64,000 bases of DNA. It comes from an uncultured delta proteobacterium. Its GTDB lineage: Bacteria > Desulfobacterota > Desulfomonilia > UBA1062. Shown here in pieces: positions 60,079 to 64,000 of this stretch. The position numbers and the translations under genes were made by a program. Below the pieces are notes generated by a model. The model was given only the letters and a program-made list of their open reading frames with translations. It had not been told where the DNA came from and did no database searches. The stretch spans positions 1 to 64,000 of the forward strand of contig CAWCTR010000020.1 of NCBI GenBank assembly GCA_963798485.1. Direction: 5' to 3'. Each line of letters begins with the position of its first letter. The first letter of the stretch is position 1.

Positions 60079-61245
60079 ATGCAAGGTATTTACATTCCCA
60101 GATCTCTAGAAAACGATGTACGTCGTGGACTTGAGGAATTCCCGGCTGTGGCAGTCTTGGGTCCGAGGCAGTGTGGTAAGTCAACCCTGGCAAAGCATGT
60201 TATTGAGAGCTTCCCGCAGAGTATCTATCTCGATCTCGAACGTCCGTCCGATGGGCGCAAGCTTACCGATCCCGAACTGTTCTTTGATCACTATAAGGAC
60301 AGGCTCATCTGCCTGGATGAGATCCAACGTCTCCCAGAAATCTTCACCATATTAAGAAGCATGATCGATGAAAGAAGGAGGCCTGGTCAATTTCTCATTC
60401 TTGGATCAGCTTCTGGTGATCTGCTCCGGCAAAGCTCGGAGAGTCTCGCAGGTCGTATTGCCTACCTGGAATTGGCACCTTTCAGTATTAATGAAATATC
60501 TGATCGACCTGTGAGTACTCTCTGGTTACGCGGAGGGTTCCCCTCAGGCTTGCTTTCTAATGATGATCAGTCAAGCTTCCGCTGGCGACAGAATTTTGTT
60601 CGCACGTTTCTGGAACGTGACATATCCCAGCTTGGAATCCGGATATCTTCAGCCTCAATCGAGCGTCTCTGGCGCTTATGCGCACATTATCATAGTCAGC
60701 TGCTCAATCTCTCGGCCATTGGGAGTTCTCTGGGGATAACCCATCATACCGCCCGTTCCTATATCGATCTTCTCAGCAAGACCTTTATGCTCAGGGTACT
60801 TCCCCCGTTTGAGGCAAATGCAAAGAAAAGGCTTGTGAAGTCGCCGAAAATTTATATCCGGGACAGCGGACTGTTGCATACATTACTGGGAATTCGGGAA
60901 TATGAAGATCTGTTGGCACACCCTGTATTCGGGGGATCTTGGGAAGGTTTTGTTATTGAAAACATACTGACTTGTTTGCCTGACTGGAATCCGAGTTTTT
61001 ATCGTACCTCTGCTGGCGCGGAAATAGATCTTGTGCTTGAGAGAGGCAAACATAGGATTGCCATCGAATGTAAGGCATCATCTTCACCGTCAGTCACGAA
61101 GGGATTCTGGTATGCCCTCGATGATATTCAACCCGATGAAGTCTTGATTGTGGCTCCGGTCAAGAAAACGTACCCCATCAAAGAAGGAGTGATGGTTATT
61201 CCTTTGCAAGAGCTTGTGCAACACCTGATGAAAAAATCCCCATGA
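60079..61245 (+). CDS. AAA+ ATPase with DUF4143 / C-terminal nuclease-like domain
   Basis: GPRQCGKST Walker A; LDEIQ; ESLAGRI; GGFP; KSPKIYIRDSGLL; EIDLVLE...IECK. Confidence 0.9.
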   Translation: MQGIYIPRSLENDVRRGLEEFPAVAVLGPRQCGKSTLAKHVIESFPQSIYLDLERPSDGRKLTDPELFFDHYKDRLICLDEIQRLPEIFTILRSMIDERRRPGQFLILGSASGDLLRQSSESLAGRIAYLELAPFSINEISDRPVSTLWLRGGFPSGLLSNDDQSSFRWRQNFVRTFLERDISQLGIRISSASIERLWRLCAHYHSQLLNLSAIGSSLGITHHTARSYIDLLSKTFMLRVLPPFEANAKKRLVKSPKIYIRDSGLLHTLLGIREYEDLLAHPVFGGSWEGFVIENILTCLPDWNPSFYRTSAGAEIDLVLERGKHRIAIECKASSSPSVTKGFWYALDDIQPDEVLIVAPVKKTYPIKEGVMVIPLQELVQHLMKKSP

Positions 61246-61352
61246 AGGATTTAAGAAAATTATTTGAAATGTATCAGGCTCTTCTCATCGAGAATGGAGC
61301 CCTGAAGAAAGAAAATCAATTATTGAAAGATGGTCGGGAAGCGGGGATTTGA
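61242..61352 (+). pseudogene. 36-aa ORF that runs into att copy 3; likely a truncated gene start
   Basis: ATGA overlap with the ATPase stop; MKDLRKLFEMYQALLIENGALKKENQLLK, then att-derived DGREAGI*. Confidence 0.5.
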
Positions 61353-61435
61353 AGACGGTACCCTTCGCTGCAAACTTTCATCAGCCCTGCTTCTACAGAC
61401 TCGTACAGGGTTTCTGTCCGAGACTTGTACGAGTT
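61331..61435 (-). mobile_element. att-like unit, copy 3: tRNA-Pro 3' fragment plus arm-type repeats
   Basis: tggtcgggaagcggggatttgaa; ACTCGTACA...TGTCCGAGA..TGTACGAGT motif triplet. Confidence 0.8.
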
Positions 61436-61699
61436 CAATTGAATAGTTTATTATACCGGAGAGTCGACTTGAATCCCCACATCCACAAGGGACTTCGGAT
61501 TTTGGTTTCGTTAAAGCAAAATATCAAACCCCTTGATCTTAGGTCTTATTTTCCGTAATACCTTAAATTTAGGTCAATTTATGATTTCAATCTATTCCCT
61601 TACAGTCTATCAGTTCTCACATTTTTCCTTGGATTCTAGCACAATTTTAGCACAGTTATGGCGTATGTTAAGTAGCAGATATTATATCTAATCACCATA

Positions 61700-62339
61700 A
61701 ATCATAAGAAGACAGACAGGATATACCGGGAAGAAGGGTTATCGTTGAGGAGAAAGAAGAGGAAGAAGCTCCTAGGAATAAGGGTTGCCCCTGAATTAGC
61801 TACGAGAGTGAATGAGGTATGGTCCATGGATTTCGTGTCAGATGCACTTGCATGCGGCAGGAGATTCCGAGTGCTGACGGTTGTGGACGATTATTCCCGA
61901 TTGTCACCTGGACTTGAAGTAGCCTCATCGCTTCCTGGGCAGAGGGTAACAAGATTTCTTGACCACGTGAGCTTGAACCATGGATATCCAGAGCGTATCC
62001 GTGTGGATAATGGGCCGGAGTTTCTTTCCACGAATTTTACCGCCTGGGCTTTGAAGAAAAGGATACGGATTGAATATATCAGGCCGGGCAAGCCTTCAGA
62101 TAACTGCTACATTGAGAGCTTCAACGGTAAGTTCAGGGACGAATGTCTCAACGAGAACTGGTTTCTGAGTATCAAGGAGGCCAAAGAGATCATTGAAGGA
62201 TGGAGGGCCGAATATAACGAGATCCGCCCGCACAGTTCCCTAGGGAACTGTACTCCTTGAGTTTTACAGGGAACACCAGGCCGTGCTAAAAAGAAAAAAT
62301 ACTTGCCTTGGAAGTGGCCTAGTCAACGGGGTAAGGTCA
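61700..62339 (+). mobile_element. IS3-family (IS407/IS150-like) remnant: 5'-truncated OrfB transposase and right IR
   Basis: [48 protein letters not shown] and [11 protein letters not shown] motifs; frameshift after TP; ends ...ggggtaaggtCA. Confidence 0.88.
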
Positions 62340-62584
62340 AATATACCGATATGGGAGAAATCAAGGCACGCGGTCGCAAACGTCTTGCCGTAAAACAGAA
62401 AAAGCCAAAGTCCTAATGCCGCTGATGTTCACGATAGTGTTGTGTTCACAATTAATGAACGATGATGGATCGTGAACTACATCAATTAACCAAAATTGAT
62501 GCAGCCCATATTTAATCAATTTGCACTATTTCATGTAACTAAGGCTCAGCATCCATTGTCTCTGGTTTGGATCTCATAGTTTAG

Positions 62585-64000
62585 TCAATGATTCAGGGAT
62601 TCACTCGATAGCGACAAGCTTTTCATCAGCTCATGGGCAATGTTTGGGCTTTCGAGCCGCATAATGCTTTCTTCAGCACTCCCAAAGCTCAAAAGATTGA
62701 TACTCCCATACCAGATGATTCTTTGGTCCAATGCAGAAAATTTCTGGTGGATATTGGATTTGAACACCAATTGGACACCGGCTTTTTTCAACAAATCCAG
62801 GACTTCCTCCAGAGCTGTTCTGTTCTTGTCCTTAAAATCGGAGGCCGGTCTTGTCACAACTACCACCTTAACGCCTTTCTCCAGCGCAGCACCTAAGTGT
62901 TGCAGCATCTGAAGAGCACGTCTCTTCGTAACAAATGGGCTTACGATCAGGACCTCTCTTGAAGCATTCATCAAATCATTACTGTATACGGGAAGAAAAT
63001 TGCTTTTATCGAAAATGATGTTCACGGATTCATCGCCAAGGCTTTCCGCCTTCGCGGAATAGCCTATGGACGCATATCCGGCAAGTCTTTTACCATACAT
63101 TTTTTCCAGCATCCTTACATGGATATCGACGTAGTCGTAAATCCGGACCTCCTTTTTGTCTTCAAACAAACGATGCAGCCTGCCTGCGTATTGCTGCAAT
63201 GTCCCTTTCCATGATATGGGCATGGCTAGAAATAAAGTGTCCAGGCGAGGCTCGTCAAAACCTTCGCCTATGTATTTGCCGGTTGCAACCAGAGTTAAAT
63301 GCTTATCAGCAGGCACATTGGTTATCCTAGCAAGCACCTCTCTCGTTTCTTTAACTCCGCGCCCGCCCGTTAGAGTCATCACGTCCGGTATCTTTTCACT
63401 CAACATCTTTGCCAGCAATTCGACATGGGCGGTTCTTTCAGTCAAAACGAGTGAATATCTTCTTTCAGAAAAGTTTTTAATCACATCATCGATAATGAAT
63501 TGGTTCCTGAATTCATCTTTGGTTATCTCGGTATATAGTTCCTGGATCGAAAGGCCCTTTTCATCCTGTTCAAACGGTATCCTGAAGCCGGTGAATCTGG
63601 GAATTATGTAATGTGCGAAAGGTCTTTTTTCCGCCTGAGATCTGGCGTCAACCCTGTACCTGACCGGCCCGCAATGCATAAAGATAATAGGATGGTGTCC
63701 ATCCTGCCTTGTAGGGGTAGCCGTCAATCCATACACATATTTCGCCTGAACGGCTTTAAGTATCTGCTCAAAGCTGAATGCCGGGACGTGATGGCATTCG
63801 TCCACGATCACCATACCATAATTCCTGACAAGATCTTTTACTTCACCGCTGTTGTTCAGGGACTGCATAATCGCAATATCGATGATGCCACTCGGATTAT
63901 CCTTTCCTGCTCCTATCTGGCCGATCAGGCTTTGCTTTTTCTTTCGTCCCCGTCTTTTCTCCAATACCGGGAGTTTCTCTTTAATGTTCAAGAACTCGGA
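62585..64000 (-). CDS. SF2 DEAD/DEAH helicase with C-terminal PLD-like domain (TOTE-type primase-helicase-like); runs off window end
   Basis: IVDECHH, GLTATP, GEGFDEPRLDTL and QYAGRLHR; C-terminal IVSPF...HQKF..LD...YGSINL. Frame is open to base 64000. Confidence 0.85.
   Translation of the reverse strand, partial: SEFLNIKEKLPVLEKRRGRKKKQSLIGQIGAGKDNPSGIIDIAIMQSLNNSGEVKDLVRNYGMVIVDECHHVPAFSFEQILKAVQAKYVYGLTATPTRQDGHHPIIFMHCGPVRYRVDARSQAEKRPFAHYIIPRFTGFRIPFEQDEKGLSIQELYTEITKDEFRNQFIIDDVIKNFSERRYSLVLTERTAHVELLAKMLSEKIPDVMTLTGGRGVKETREVLARITNVPADKHLTLVATGKYIGEGFDEPRLDTLFLAMPISWKGTLQQYAGRLHRLFEDKKEVRIYDYVDIHVRMLEKMYGKRLAGYASIGYSAKAESLGDESVNIIFDKSNFLPVYSNDLMNASREVLIVSPFVTKRRALQMLQHLGAALEKGVKVVVVTRPASDFKDKNRTALEEVLDLLKKAGVQLVFKSNIHQKFSALDQRIIWYGSINLLSFGSAEESIMRLESPNIAHELMKSLSLSSESLNH

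Noticed and set aside
59051-61435. att repeats considered as a CRISPR array or integron attC sites
   Set aside because: Spacers are gene-sized, the repeats match a tRNA 3' end, and there are no RYYYAAC/GTTRRRY boxes.

Overview
Bacterial chromosomal window, probably from an anaerobic Desulfobacterota/'deltaproteobacterial' genome (inferred from gene content and protein style only). Left to right: an acyl-CoA/lipid catabolism patch containing a chimeric gene scar (1-7 kb); a sigma28-type fliC-flaG-fliD locus with an unusually long FliD (7.1-11.9 kb); an AT-richer putative flagellin-glycosylation block made of a GT2-TPR gene and two SPINDLY/OGT-type GT41 genes, one fused into a ~1980-aa TPR-GT41-methyltransferase-GT2-TPR-FkbM protein (12-22 kb); a 17-kb two-component/HD-GYP/HDOD signalling cluster with two families of palindromic repeats (22-39 kb); housekeeping genes (tRNA-Pro, PBP, pheA-hisC-tyrA-aroA-cmk, pcnB, yacG, CIRCE-groES-groEL, fused CoA-activase; 39-59 kb). 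From ~59.05 kb is the edge of an integration hotspot: three tRNA-Pro 3'-end fragments, each followed by 11-bp-period arm-type repeats, delimit small integrase-less cargo units (a RelBE toxin-antitoxin pair, an AAA-DUF4143 ATPase), followed by an IS3 remnant and a partial helicase-PLD gene. The best candidates for new biology are the att-delimited cassette stack and the multi-domain glycosylation 'assembly line'. All calls come from visual motif recognition; no searches were run.
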